Of a stretch of 64,000 nt of DNA, positions 1-24,116 are shown piece by piece. Numbering within the stretch: the first letter of the stretch is position 1; the number at the start of each line of letters is the position of its first letter. The stretch covers positions 27,838,001 through 27,902,000 of the forward strand of contig OZ024752.1 in assembly GCA_964016885.1 (NCBI GenBank), read 5' to 3'. The translations under genes were made by a program, and so were the position numbers. The notes under the pieces are model-generated. The model searched no databases. It worked only from the letters and a program-made list of their open reading frames with translations, and was not told the origin of the DNA. Source of the stretch: Eledone cirrhosa. Lineage: Eukaryota.

Positions 1-204
1 AGAAGATCGCAACCCCCACCCTTCAATACGTTGCCAGATACACCAACACACCCATAGTTACTGTGCCCCCACCGTTATAACTAATACGACTAACGCCACC
101 AACAACATCACCAATAAAATAGTGTTTCATATGACAAAATTGTATAGATGATAGTTATGTTATATTGAAAGTATGTGGTGATTATGTTGTTATAATTGTG
201 GTCA

Positions 205-240
205 TGTGGGTGGCGATTTAATTACTTTCTCTATATAAGT
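205..240 (+). promoter_or_regulatory. Core promoter of gene 1 (GT-box, TAATTA, TATA box at 232-238)
   Basis: tgggtggcgatttaattactttctcTATATAAg, about 120 nt upstream of the ATG; near-identical block upstream of gene 2. Confidence 0.75.
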
Positions 241-355
241 TCGTCTCAGAGGTGAGAACAGTGTCCAGTCTCTGAAGTAAGCCATAGCTAACACATTAGC
301 TTTGAACATTACCAACTCTAAACCCGACCTTAAACACCAATAACCAACACCAACC

Positions 356-9538
<9,183 letters not shown>

Positions 9539-9915
9539 ACACGAAAATCAAGTATTACAGTAATAATATAAAACTAACAACAAAAAAAGCAGAATAGGAA
9601 CAATGAAGATGAACTATTGTGAGATTAGCTTTAGTTCAACTGACATCTGTAACAACAATATTAAAGTTCATACACTTCAAAGTAAACCTGGAAACAAAGA
9701 AAGTATTTATACTATCCTCATTGTAATGCCCTTTATCTATTTTAGATTATCGTTGATAATCTGAAGAAGTATGGCACTAATATTATAGTGTTAATCCCTA
9801 ATAATTAAGGTAATAGTATTTATTAACAGCATTTGAGAGACTGAAAACATTATCATATACATAGACTTCTGAAGTTTATATAGAAATTAAAAATAATACT
9901 TATATTATTACTAAT

Positions 9916-9921
9916 AATAAA
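9916..9921 (+). terminator. Poly(A) signal of gene 1
   Basis: AATAAA in a context (tattattacta.taataaa) conserved with gene 2, followed by a GT/T-rich tract at about 9950-9980. Confidence 0.6.
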
Positions 9922-11005
9922 CGTGAAATAAAATATAATTACTAAACATTTGTTGTGTTTGTCTCCTATTTTTCTTTCTCCCTCTTATATACAACGTGAG
10001 TCATAAGTAACCGGGAAGTGGAACATTTATATTCCAAATGATAATATTTAGTAACATTCTGGTCATACAGTACGAAATTATAAATACATCAAACAAAGGT
10101 TTAAAAAATATATTTAAAATGTTTGAAAAGCTAACCCTATTCCTCAATACGCCCTGAAGTGGGGATGTTCTACAAAATATATCTTAGTTCGTCAAATATA
10201 CAACCATTCAAGAAGCTGCGAGTATTTTGAGCCAGGATTAATGCCTTTTGGATTTGAGAAAATACATGTAAAGAGAAATAGAGATACAAGTGTGTCAAGA
10301 GTCACTGAGTAGGGTGACATGAAACTAAGTTCAGTGTATAGAATACAAATCATCGTATATGGTTTATAATTTAGAGTTGCAAAAATGACGGCTCAAATAG
10401 AACATAAATGAAATACTAATTAATGTCAATGGTTACCAAGAAACTACAGGGAAGATCTAAAAAATCCGTCCTGTAATTAATAATTACGTATTTACAACTA
10501 AATGAACTGGGCGTAGTGCATTACATACTAATATTCGATCATACTCTCGGGAGCTCAATTTATTCCGTTGTGAATCGAGTTCAAGACAGGTGATACAAAC
10601 GATTTCCAGGTGATATATAGTAGCGCATTCTTGGAATATTTACCGGATGTAAATATTCTTTACTATACATATAGACATCAACTTCTGCATCAACGGTGTA
10701 CGTATAACACATATTTCCATTATTTGGTTTAATTATTATATTTCAACCACTTTCATAGATTAATGTTAGTTATCGTGTTCATTATATTAAGTGTAATAAA
10801 ACTTGATATTTAATGAAATGCATTGAGATTTAATGTAAATTTTTTACATTAATAGAGAATATTAATTTAGATACATTATAATATGAGGAAGGAGAATAGA
10901 TTAGATCGACAATAGTAATTGGGTGGTATTTTATTTCATAGAATATCGAAGAAGAAGATGCAAATATTGCTACCAACGGTCGCGGATCACACAATGTAGA
11001 TAATG

Positions 11006-11760
11006 GTTTCTTATATAGGCACACGGCCAGCAATTTTGGTGTTTGGGGACAGGCGATTAAATCGATCCAAGTGTGTGACTGGTACTTTATTGTATCGACC
11101 CCGTAAGGATGAAAGGCAAAGTTAACCTCGGCGGGATTTGAACTCAGATCATAAAGTGCCGTAACTCTATGCTGCAAAGCATGGCGTCCGACCCTCTACC
11201 GATACTGCCAATACACTGCCCTCACACAATATAGATAATGAAAACCATTTGTTCGATTCCCCATTGAGTTTGTCAATGATTTAGAAGAATAAAAATCAGA
11301 TGTTTCCGTCCTAGCGACGACGTAGGAACCGTTGGTTTTACTTTATTTTATTGACCTCATATGAATGAAAGGCAAGGATGTCCTCGGTAGAATTTGAACT
11401 CAGAACATTAAGAGCCGTAAGGCTATGTCGCAAAACATGTTGTCCAGTGCTCTACTGAAACCACCAATCCACCGCCCTAATAAGTGTTTCTACTTTTTTG
11501 GCACAAGGCCAGCAATTACCCAGTGTATTACTGGTACTTTATTTTATCGACCCCATAAGGATGAAAGGCAAAGTTAACCTCGGCGGGATTTGAACTCAGA
11601 ATGGCATGGGTCGTAACTCTATGCGTCAAAGCATGGCGCCTGACCCTCTACCGATACTGCCAATCCACCGCTCTAATAATCACAACAATAATTGATTCTA
11701 CTTTTAACAAAAGGCCAGCAATTATCCCAGTACATTACTGGTACTTTATTTATCGACCCC
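11006..11760 (-). mobile_element. Cluster of four copies of the same SINE family
   Basis: Repeated ggcacaaggccagcaat..actggtactt..atcgacccc..ggatgaaaggcaaagttaacctcggcgggatttgaactcag; the first copy has a TSD at 10987-11005 / 11222-11240. Confidence 0.85.
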
Positions 11761-12481
11761 AATAAAAAGTAATCTATTTATATGTGCACGATCGCGTGGC
11801 ATCCAGTTGCTTCGCCTCACGAAAATGGCAATGTGATAATGTGAACTCATACCAGTCATATCCTAGCCACAGATAATGTCAATTAAATTATAAACTTTAA
11901 AACATTTATGTTTTTGTCGTCGACATATGAATTCACTATACATGTAACATTACAGATGTATGATGAAAAATATTTGTATATTATACACATAGAATACATA
12001 AACATGGAAACATCAAGTTTACTTATCGAAAATGATGAATTAGATATACGCTACGAATATAGTATTAAAATAAAGCAGCGATATCAGAAAGAAATTGAGA
12101 AAGCGAGTATTCTCATATATTTTATTCCAAAATAATTAATCTATTTTGATATGTGTTATTCCAGTTACTAAAAAGAACGAAGATTATATGAAAATACAAT
12201 TTTGTACAAACTCGGTGTATTTCTTTATCGCTGCCTCAAAAACATTTTTTTGTGCGTGTATATGTGTGTGTGTGTTTGTATGTGTGTGTGTATGTGTATG
12301 TGTGTGTGTGCGCGTGTATGTGTGTGCGCACGTGTGTGTGTGTGTATACGGATATGTTCAAAGACTTTTCAAACTCTCTATCACATTCTTTATCTGTCAC
12401 CTAGCTTAGTATGTGAATTCGCCTTTCAAATCGTGTTAATTCTCTTTGTATCTCTCTGTACCTCACCAATTTTCTCTCTCT

Positions 12482-12556
<75 letters not shown>

Positions 12557-13165
12557 TATATACGTGTGTGTGTTTATATGTGTATATATATATGTGTGTA
12601 TATATATATACTTATATGTGTATATATATATATATATACACAAATTTGCATATCTTTTAATGTCTATACATATAAACGTGCCGATACACACACATACATA
12701 TACGCACACATGCATTGCACACTGATGGGCACATACATATTTGTACACAAGTATTCCAATACGGCAAGGCCTAATGGATTCCCCTTGCAGTAAGTACAAT
12801 CTGGACACTCACACACACCTTGGTATTATGCCAATACTATATATCATTTCACACCTTTTATTATTAAGGTTTTTGATGTTCTATTGAGAGAATCGTTTTT
12901 ACTGAAAATATCGAATAATGTACACCATTTTTACCAGTATCACAAAAATACTGGTCCACCCACACGCACACATTCTCACACACACACACTCACACACATA
13001 TATACACACACACATACACACGCGTACATTAACATACACACACACACACTTCTCCGTATAAGACAAGAGCTGAAAAATATCTTTCAACATGTTAAAATAT
13101 CCCCCACACACGTACAGACACATTCCTACTGACCATCCCTCTACCACGAATTACTCTGCTACACA

Positions 13166-13285
<120 letters not shown>

Positions 13286-13404
13286 TCTTAATAGGCATTT
13301 GAACTGTCAACAGGCTGCGGTTCGCACACACATCCCTGCTGACCATTATCACAACAACGAACCTCTTTACTACTACTACTACTACACACACACACACATA
13401 TTTG

Positions 13405-13782
13405 TCTTGAAAGACTTATTTTTCAGTGACTTCTCAATCAGCCGAGACAAACCTACATTTGGCGCAAAATCAATTTTTAACATTCACATGACCTCTACCG
13501 ACCAGTCAAAATTGTTTTGACCACAAGAATTTTTTCATACATCTGGAGCCACTTTTTTTACATAAAACAGGTAGAATTTCCAAAACTAATCAGATTAGAG
13601 CAAACATCACGGGCGCTCAATCTCAAAATTATTTTTGAAAAGCATTAGAAATGTGCAACCGGTAAAACTTAAAACCAAAACTGAATACTAACCAATACTA
13701 TTACTAATTTTTACTTATTCCTAATTAAACTATTTTTCACTGGGAACAATTTGTCAGCATTTTCTTTTCCTTTTACCAATAT
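13405..13782 (+). mobile_element. 3' remnant of a Penelope-like element (endonuclease C-terminus plus terminal repeat)
   Basis: ISRDKP.. resembles the PLE GIY-YIG C-terminus; the terminal segment recurs inverted at 52693-52882 and 47388-47450 and ends in (TA)n. Confidence 0.45.
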
Positions 13783-14881
13783 ATATATATATATATATAC
13801 AAATATAAATTAGCGAGAATCGTATTTCAGCACAGGAATTAACGAAAATCAACATCCGATATGTGTGGCAAGCGCTCGATGATTCATATGAATCAGAGCT
13901 ACAACATACGTTAAGGGCCAAACACACTGAGATGATGGTTAAACATATCATCCGCACAGCCAAAACAAACGACAAAGTAATTCGGGTCAAACAATAAAAA
14001 TATATGTGTTGATACTTTCCCGGACCCTGGACTGATGGTAAAATCCAGTATTGGTTTCTGCGACTCCAAAATCAGGTACTGTCCGCCTCCATAAAGAATG
14101 TCTGGCTTCAGGTAAGATGATGAACAAGGAAGTCGTGTTATCAACGGGTTTTGTTCTAGGATGCTATAGATAAGTGTGTCTATTACTGACCCCACGTGGG
14201 GTTCAGCAAGGGAGGCAACACCTCTATTTTGCGAATGATTCAGTTGTGTATAATATTGCGAGAATGCAAAATATCACAAATCGAATAAAGCTCTCGACAG
14301 AGTGGTTAAATATAACAGAGCTATTCAACAGTCAATGGAAGCAGCTAAAAAAATCAATAAAATTAACTGCTCAATAGCTAAACTCTGGAGATTAATACAA
14401 ATATAAATTATATATATATAATGTGAAGCGTAGCATCTGATACCGTAGCAACCATCCAACACAATAGGAGCTATATTATGGAGATACGTGTGACAATGAT
14501 AACAGAAAACAAATAAAAATTATTGCATTAATTTAAATGAATGTAAAATGGAATCATTGATTTAAATTACAAAACGAACTCCTTAATTACGCAGCCATGC
14601 CTATTCCTATGGTGATAATAATTATAATGGTTTCTGATTTAGGCATAGGGCGAGAAAATTGGAGGAGGCGTAATTCGATTAAATTGACAGCAGTAGATTA
14701 TTTTTTCCACCTCGAGAGAATGAAAAACAATGTTGGTCTAAGCAGCACCTGCACTCAGGTGCTGCTTAGACCAGAGCCAATAATAATAACACCTTTTATT
14801 CGTCACTGGAGATCACGACGATGGAGAAAATACAAGATCAATCCTTGATAATAAAGTTAGAAAGTAAAGGTATATATAATA

Positions 14882-16638
<1,757 letters not shown>

Positions 16639-17550
16639 CTAGCAGAAAACCATCCGGTGGGCGGTTTTCTGCTAGCAAATCTAGTGTATATACTGAAATT
16701 TTGATCATACCATTAGGTGTGAATAAGGAAATATTTTTTTATTGTCAAAACAAATGTTCAAAAGTTAAACTTCAATTTTTTGAATTATTTCCAATTTTTT
16801 CATGAAATTGAACACTGGACATTGGCTGCTGGAAATGGAAATTAAATCGTATTTAATTGTATTTAAATTTCTAACCTTATTTTATTATTTATATTTTTTC
16901 AATAAGAAATTAAAAAAAACAACAAAAAAAATTGAAGAAAAATATTGAACAAATCAAACGTAGGTTATGGAACTGCGCAATCTGATTAATAAATTACCTC
17001 ATCAGCAGCAACCTTCTTCAAATGGTCCTTATTATCAGCAGCAACAACCACAAATTCAATGGCAACCTTCTTCAAACCACAAATTCAATGGCGACCTTCT
17101 TCAAATGGTCCTTATTATCAGCAGCAACAACCACAAATTCAATGGCAACCTTCTTCAAATGGTCCTTGGCATGGTGTCAAGTCAGAACCGCCTCGAACTG
17201 GTTACTTCTGGCTTGTGCAAGGTGTCTCTATAGCAACCAGCGATTCCCTCGGCCTCAGTGACCAAAGTCAGTGGAGAGGGGAAGGTAATGTTTCTATAGC
17301 GACAGTGTTTCTCTTGGTAGTACCAAAGTGGAGAAAGGAAGGGGAAGGTAATATTTCTGTAGCACGTGTTTTAGCGTCTATTCACTCTCTCTCTCCCTCT
17401 CTCCCTCCCGCTATCCTCCTCTCGTAGTATGTCTCTTTCTTTCACTCTCACTCTCTCTCTACGCGTGTGCAAAAAACATTCGCACGCGCGCACGTGTTTC
17501 CACTGTCGGACAGACAGACAGAGAAATTGCTGGTTATATATGTAAGTAGA
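16639..17550 (-). mobile_element. Second Helitron-like element abutting the previous one
   Basis: CTAG-bounded hairpin at 16639-16675; right end cggacagacagacagagaaattgctggttatatatgtaagtaga|t resembles the Helitron 5' end seen in the other copies. Confidence 0.45.
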
Positions 17551-17879
17551 TTGTTGAAAGTGTGAAGTGATAACTATGCGGAATACATACACGTTTCACC
17601 TTCACCGACATAATGAGAACGCTGCAAAATAGTAGATTATTCGGCAACTTGGTAGAGTCGTTAGAATGTCGGATAGAATGCTTTGCAGTATTCGTTCCTG
17701 CTCTCTGCTCTTTGAATTCAAATCCCACCGAGGTCATTTGAATGAACGTCGATGTGTGTGAATGTATGTTTATGTGTTAATAAAACGTGAATTTGGAATC
17801 AGTCCTTAGACCATTATAGCATATTACTGTATAGTTGCTCACATTATTAACACCCATTGGTTATTCGACAGATTTGTTA

Positions 17880-18570
17880 AGACATAACCCATCGATTAAG
17901 CAGTTGCTCTGATTGATACCAATGCATCAGGAGAGTGTGTTTCTGCGACTGTTGGGGTACATAACTAAGTTTGACATTGTATAGAAAACAAATTGTAGTA
18001 TCAATGATTATTGAGAATGAGTTTCTGTATTAAATCGTAGAGAAGCTGGGCAATATTTATGCAGAAAATATGGCTAAATGATGTTTTTGTATGTCGTTTG
18101 CTTGCTCTGTTAGCTGTTGGATGTGTAGTTAAGATTGTGTTATATATTTTTCGGTTATAGTCAATAGAATTCAGCTAATAGTTATAAAGACGCATCGATT
18201 TTATGCTTAAAACGGTTCTAATGATAAAAGAGAAGACATTTTTTTTATTGGTTTTCTGTACAACTTAGCTTGGTATCTCAGTCTAATGTTGTATTGAGAA
18301 ATTTAACAATGTTTAGATTGTTGTCTACTGGGATTGTCAGGTTAAGATTTTAAATGCATTAGTAAGAATTTACTTCGAAATCTCCAGTTGAAACCTTTCA
18401 TTTTCTTGAATATTAACAGGCTGACATTATAATATAGATCACATTCCAGATTGTCCAACTTTGTATACAAAACAAGCAATATATAGACATCTATAGTTTC
18501 GCAAATTTCTGAGCAGTTCTTGCCGCCCACCAGAGAAACAATTTATTCTTCGTCGTCAAATAATGAAGAC
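17880..18570 (-). pseudogene. Highly degenerate Penelope-like RT fragment
   Basis: Frameshifted translations MGGKNCSEICETIDVYIL (cf. MGSxDGAEICELVGxYIL), NNLNIVKFLNTTLD..LYRKP and NIAQLLYDLIQK..VKLSY follow the motif order of marine-invertebrate PLE RT/thumb. Confidence 0.5.
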
Positions 18571-19100
18571 AATACAATATACAACGTAGAACAACGATCC
18601 CCACACGTTAAATAAAATCGACCCCTGTATGAAATCCTTGACCAGACGTTGAGGACAGGCATTTACGACAAAGAATAATTAAAGATATAAATCAAAGGCT
18701 TTTATAAGCAAGTTGTTTGTTATTGCATCAGGTTCTACATTTTCGTTTCTGATGCGTATTACAGGCTTTGACCCCCAAACACTCCCATCAACTCGCAAGG
18801 GTGCATATGGACTAGGTTTGGAATATCTAGTGTTGAGAACATGATTAATGTGAAGTGAATGAATTGAAGTAAATTTTGTCCTTGGCTTATGTATATATGT
18901 ATATAAACCAGGTGGACCATAACGCACCAGAGCACTCACTGCTTAGGGTAGTAGAGTGGGCAATAGGAAAAGAGTCAGGACACTCTTCCTATATATATAT
19001 ATATATATATAATGGAAAAATTTGAACAAGAACAAAACAGAGAGGCAGTACAACGAATGTTTATTAATTTCACGCTCTGGAGAGTGGGGTGGTGGTGGGG

Positions 19101-19134
19101 AACGACGTTTCAGGCATAAGCCCTTCCTCAGGTG
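19101..19134 (-). ncRNA. Minimal type I hammerhead ribozyme in the PLE 3' terminal region
   Basis: Minus strand: ac-CTGAGGA-a-gggc ttat gcct-GAAA-cg-TC-gt; intact core, very short stem I. Confidence 0.65.
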
Positions 19135-19218
19135 AGAAGTGTGTGGGAACAGAGTTCAAAGGGTGTGTAGGGGAGTGGTGGAGAGACATATAGCGAAAGG
19201 AAACGGTGCGAATGAAAT

Positions 19219-19312
19219 TAAAAATAAAAATAAAAATAAAAATAAAAATAAAAATAAAAATAAAAATAAAAATAAAAATAAAAATAAAAATAAAAATAAA
19301 AATAAAAATAAA
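19219..19312 (+). repeat. (TAAAAA)n hexanucleotide tract
   Basis: Direct reading. Confidence 0.95.
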
Positions 19313-22300
19313 GCATGATCAAAATACAAGGAATGAAATAAAATTAAATATAAAAGCATGATCAAAATAAACTGAAATTAAAAGGGGGGTAAAACAGGTG
19401 GTGGAAGGGTGTGGGGTGTGTAAGGGTGGTGGCGGGTGGAGTGGGGTGAGGGAGACGGGGTGTCCGAGCGGGGAGGGCTGAAGGTGGTGTGTGTGTGTAG
19501 GTGTACGTGTGTGTGTGTGTGTGTGTATGTGAAAGTAAGGGTTGGGGGAAGAACGGGGTTGCATGTTCAGGAAGAGGTGGGGGGTGGGGGTGTAGGTCGG
19601 AGTGTCTGTACGTGTGTGGATAGAGGGGGGAGAGGAATCAGGAGGCTGAGGGTGTAAATATGTGGTGGAAAGCGCGTGTGTGGGGGGTTTAAGCGTGTTG
19701 TGGGTGTAGGTCGCGTGTGGAGAAAAGAATTTTTTGGGGTGTGTGTGTGGGTGGGTTATATAGGTGATTCCGTAAGAGGATGGTTGAAAAGTTGGTAAAA
19801 TCCTATGATGTTTAGTGGATTCTGTGGTGGTCAAGTTCCACATACGAGTATTCCATGAAGAGATGGTCGGAAGAGGAGAGATGTGCGGTGCGCGCGTAAC
19901 AGGAAGTGGTCAAGCAGTGGGAGTGCTGTTTGTCTGTTTGTGCTGGGAGGTGGTCAGTGGGCATAGCAGCAGTCGGTGGAGTGATAAGGGGCGAGGATGG
20001 GTAGGTGTGAAAGATGGAGTGAGGAGGGTGTGTGTGTGTGTGTATTAGTAGAGCTGTTAGTGGGATGAGTGAGTGTGGAGCGAGGGTGTGGGTGGAGCGG
20101 GGAGAGAAGGGTGTGTGTAGTTCTATGGAGGGAGTGTGGTGTACTGGTGTGTGTGTAGTTTGATGAAGGGGTGTTAGTGGGTGTTAGTATACGGGAGGTG
20201 GGGAAGGGTTGAATGCAGGTGTGAGTGGGGGTTAGTGGTGGTAGGGTGTGTAGAGTTGGTGGTGTACGAGGGTGTGTGGGTACGTGTGCGTGGGGTTGGG
20301 GGGTGTTAGTGATGTTAGTTGCGTGTGGGGTGGGTGGTGTAAGTGGGTGCGTGTGTTCGTGTGCTTGGGGTCAGGGGGTGTTAGTGAGGTTAGTTGCGGG
20401 GTGGTGGGATGGAGGTGGTGGGTGGGGGTGAGAGGTGTGGTGGTGAGGGTTAGTGGTGGTAGTAGGGTGTGTGTTTAGTGTGAGCGCGTGTATATATGTG
20501 CCGGTGGGTGTGTGCGTGTGATAAGGAGGGGGAGGAGGAGAAGAAGGGAGGGTTGTTAGTATGTTAGTTGGAGAAGGGTGGTCGGATGAGGGGGGGGGAG
20601 TGGAGGTGTTAGTATTGTTAGTTGTGGGGTGGGCGGTGAAAAGGAGGAGTGTGTTAGTGGTGTTAGTGGGGGATAAGTATGGGGGAAGGGGGGGGGGTCT
20701 AAGGCTAAAGGAATAAGGGTGGGGAGTTCAGGCCGGGGGGAGTGTGGGTCTGTAAGATGAAGATAGTTCTTTGTTCGACTCTAAGGCGATTGGCGGGTGT
20801 TCCGTGGCATTGGAGTAGGCCACAGACTGCCAGATGGCGTGCGGAATGTCCAGGGCCACCAAAGTGGCGGGCGATGGGGGAACTACCACCGAGACGAATA
20901 TCCCGGAGGTGCTCAGTGAATCGGTCCGCCAGGCGACGTCCCGTCTGTCCGACATAAGTCGCGCTACACTCCGTGCAGCGAAGTCCGTAGACTAGGTTGG
21001 AGGAGGTGCAGCGGAAGGCATGCCGGATAGAGAGACAGTGGTCGTTGGGACCCTGGAAGGTGGTGGTGTTGGTGATGCGGGGACAGGTGTTGCAGCGGGG
21101 CCTAGAACAGGGAAAGGAACCGGGGGGGAACAGAGCGTGGGTTGGGGGTAGGGAGCTGTGGACGAGGAGGGTGCAGAGTTTGCGTGCGCGTTTGAAGGAG
21201 GGGAGTGGTGGGGTTGGGAAGATGTGGAAGGTGGAGGGGTCGGACTGGAGGCGTCGGAAGAGGCGGCGGATGGTGCGGTGGAGGGGTAAGATGGAGGGGT
21301 GGTAGGTGATGGGGAAGGGGATACGGTGGGCGGGTGTGCGGCGGCGTGGGGTGAGGGTGGTGGAGCGGGGGACAGCACGGGCGCGGGTGAGAGCGGTGTG
21401 GACGAGAGGGGGGGGGGTAACCTCTGCGGATGAAATGGCTGACTAGGGAAAGGGCTTGGGACTCGAAGTCAGCAGCTCGGCTACAGAGGCGGCGGATCCT
21501 AAGAAGTTGGGAGTAGGGAATGGAGTGTTTAGTGTGGGTGGGGTGGGAAGAGGTGAAGTCGAGGTAAGAGTGGGAGTCGGTGGGTTTGAAGAAGGCGGAG
21601 GTGACGAGGCAGTGGTGGGAGGGGTCGAAGGCGACGGAGATGTCTAAGAAGTGGACGTGGGTGGTGAAGATAGAGGTGGTGAAGTGGAGGGAGGGGTGGA
21701 AGGAGCAGAAGAAGGAGAGAAAGGAGTCGAGCTGTTCTCGGGTGAGGGTCGTGGCTTCGATACAATCGTCAATGTAACGACCGTACAGTTCGGGCGTGGG
21801 GCCGGTGTACTGGGCAAAGATTTGGGCCTCAACATGGCCAACAAAAAGGTTGGCGTAGTTCGGGCCCATTCTTGTACCCATGGCTACCCCCGTGACCTGT
21901 TGGTAAAACTCACCCGAGAAGGAGAAACAATTGAGGGTGAGGACCAGCTCGGCGAGGCGAAGGAGGGTGGGGGGGGAGGGAATGGGGGAGGGGCGAAGGT
22001 CGAGGTAGTGTTTGAGGGCACATATATAAAGTGGAAAATGCGAAGTTGAAGATGTTAGGGTTCTTTATTAATTGAGCTGTTATACATATTTCAATGACGA
22101 GAGATATCGTGATTTCTTCAGACAGCAAACATTGATTAAAATGTAACATTTCCGAGGCAATTTTAAGTGGAAGGGAGCGGACTAAAAAGATGTGTATGTT
22201 TTTGCTTTGAGTGTCCGCTTCCCTCTAATTTTCAGAACATCCCGACAGCCCTGCGGAGTCACAGGGGTGTGGGTGACTCACCAATCAACTACAACCGAGA

Positions 22301-22713
22301 ATACTACAAACCTTGTTTGTTCTCTGTAGCTAACAGTCCCTCGGCCAACAACTCAGTATGGCAAGTGGGTGTTCAAACCAGTCAAAATATATTTACTGCT
22401 AGCTTTGGTGACCAGCAGAATTTTAGACCATTCGTACACATTACCCGTTTATGGCGGGATAATATACAGACCATCAACACCAAATTGAGAACGTTACCTG
22501 CTGCTATCGTTAATATAACTTACCATAGAAAATATTTAAGGTTTCACAAAACGAAAATCCAAAAGATTCCATATTTCAGACGTTAAGAGCTAAAAGTTAG
22601 AAGTCCAGAAAACTAGACAACAGTTAATATGCTAAGAATAATATCTAACTGGCAAAGTGTATATTCGCATTAGGGATTGGGTTGAGAGCTGGATATTAAC
22701 TTGTCATGATTCC

Positions 22714-22890
22714 CCGTATTTCCCGGCGCCAAAGACGCTTCTCCTCGGGGACGCACCCTAATTTTGACAACCAAACATTTGAACAAAAAATTAATAATGA
22801 AAAATGCAGCTTTCGGCTTCCAGAAGGCATGGTAGATTTTTTGAGACTTATTTTAGGGAGAAAGTAGCGTCTTCGATGCCGGGAAATACA
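22714..22890. mobile_element. MITE (Tc1/mariner-pogo-like TIRs)
   Basis: TIRs gtatttcccggcgccaaagacgc / gcgtcttcgatgccgggaaatac; a related TIR stub lies at 27611-27631. Confidence 0.6.
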
Positions 22891-22899
22891 TACACGAAC

Positions 22900-23230
22900 A
22901 TACACACCAAACATTAAGCACACGCGCAAACGCATGCGCAAACAGAGACAAAGACAAGAAGAAATAAATTAATTAATTAAATAAAAATGGCGAAGCAGCG
23001 GGAGGAAACATAATAGTACCAATGATGATGTCGCAGATGTGTGACGAAAGAACTTTGATAGACTATATATATATATTTATATTTGTATTTTTAACCGTTG
23101 GTCAATCAATGGTAAACATTGATTGCCAAATAAATTAACTATGGAGATATAAAAGATGCAGAAGCGAAAACCAACCAAACAGTGAGTGTGTTCTGTTATT
23201 ATGTCTGACTCTCGCGAAGTATAACAATAT
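22900..23230 (+). mobile_element. Solo Penelope terminal repeat (pLTR) with decayed hammerhead
   Basis: Homologous to 25940-26240 and 52943-53290; hammerhead at 23014-23065 has a C3>A core change. Confidence 0.65.
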
Positions 23231-24116
23231 ATATATATATATATATACAAAATTAAGATAAATCAAAATGAATTTAATCTAAATCAAAATTATGGGTGTC
23301 ATACCAGAAAGACATGCGCCATATGAACCGCAAAATAAGCTCTAAGATTCTAACGAATAGGTCCGAGCGTTTTATAATAACTACAAATTGATTAACATAT
23401 AAATAAACATGAATAATCACAGGAGATAATTTTTACAAGTCTGTAAGCACACATAGCTAGGTAGGTAATTAAATAAAGTTAACTAGAACTTCAAAATTAG
23501 ATACCTTATAATATTATTAATCTTCACTGTATATATTCCATTAAAGAATTATATTTCACCAATTAATCGAATGGTAAACCACGGATGCAGATACTTGGAT
23601 TTTCAACAAGGAAGAAGTTTCGGGGATCTATGTTTACACTTCAAGTTCTAATCAGCGACTGGCCAGCAACACGTGCTGTATCTACTAGAAATACACACAT
23701 CATACCAGCTTCGTCCCAGTGGCGTGAATAGGGTTATCGACAATTAGAAACAGCAGTCAAGTCCTTTCAACAGAGTTAGCTCTACAATTAAGGAGCCATA
23801 TATATCTATATCCAAAATTAAATAAATCAAAATGAATTTAATCTAAATCAAAATTAGATTAAATTCATTTTGATTTATCTTAATTTTGGATATAGATATA
23901 TAAATACGGCTCCTTAATTGTAGAGGTAACACTGTTGAAAGGACTTGACTGCTGTTTCTAGTTGTCGATAACCCTATTCACGCCACTGGGATGAAGCTGG
24001 TATGATGTGTGTATTTCTAGTAGAAACAGCACGTGTTGCTGGCCAGTCGCTGATTTGAACTTGAAGTGTAAACATAGATCGCTGAAACTTCTTCCTTGTT
24101 GAAAATCCAAGTATTT

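Larger units (their letters stand above)
19012..22020 (-). mobile_element. Penelope-like element (Neptune-like), 5'-truncated and frameshifted
   Basis: ORF 21102-21881: MGTRMGPNYANLFVG..RYIDD..FLD..KPTDSHSYL..SIPYSQLLRIRRLCS; then a Cys-rich linker and GIY-YIG (YVGQTGRRLADRFTEHLRDI) at about 20730-21010; low-complexity 3' region; 3' end in (TA)n. Confidence 0.88.

Noticed and set aside
9997-10003. Canonical AP-1 site TGAGTCA
   Set aside because: It lies downstream of the gene 1 poly(A) signal, I did not see it at the matching position in gene 2, and a 7-mer is expected by chance.
18560-18680. QGSIL..SLFY reading suggestive of telomerase motif B'
   Set aside because: There is no consistent TERT motif order; the neighbouring sequence fits a decayed PLE better.
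24096-24116. ORF-track start (MLKIQVF) of the 548-aa ORF
   Set aside because: These codons come from the inverted fold-back arm; the true N-terminus is truncated.
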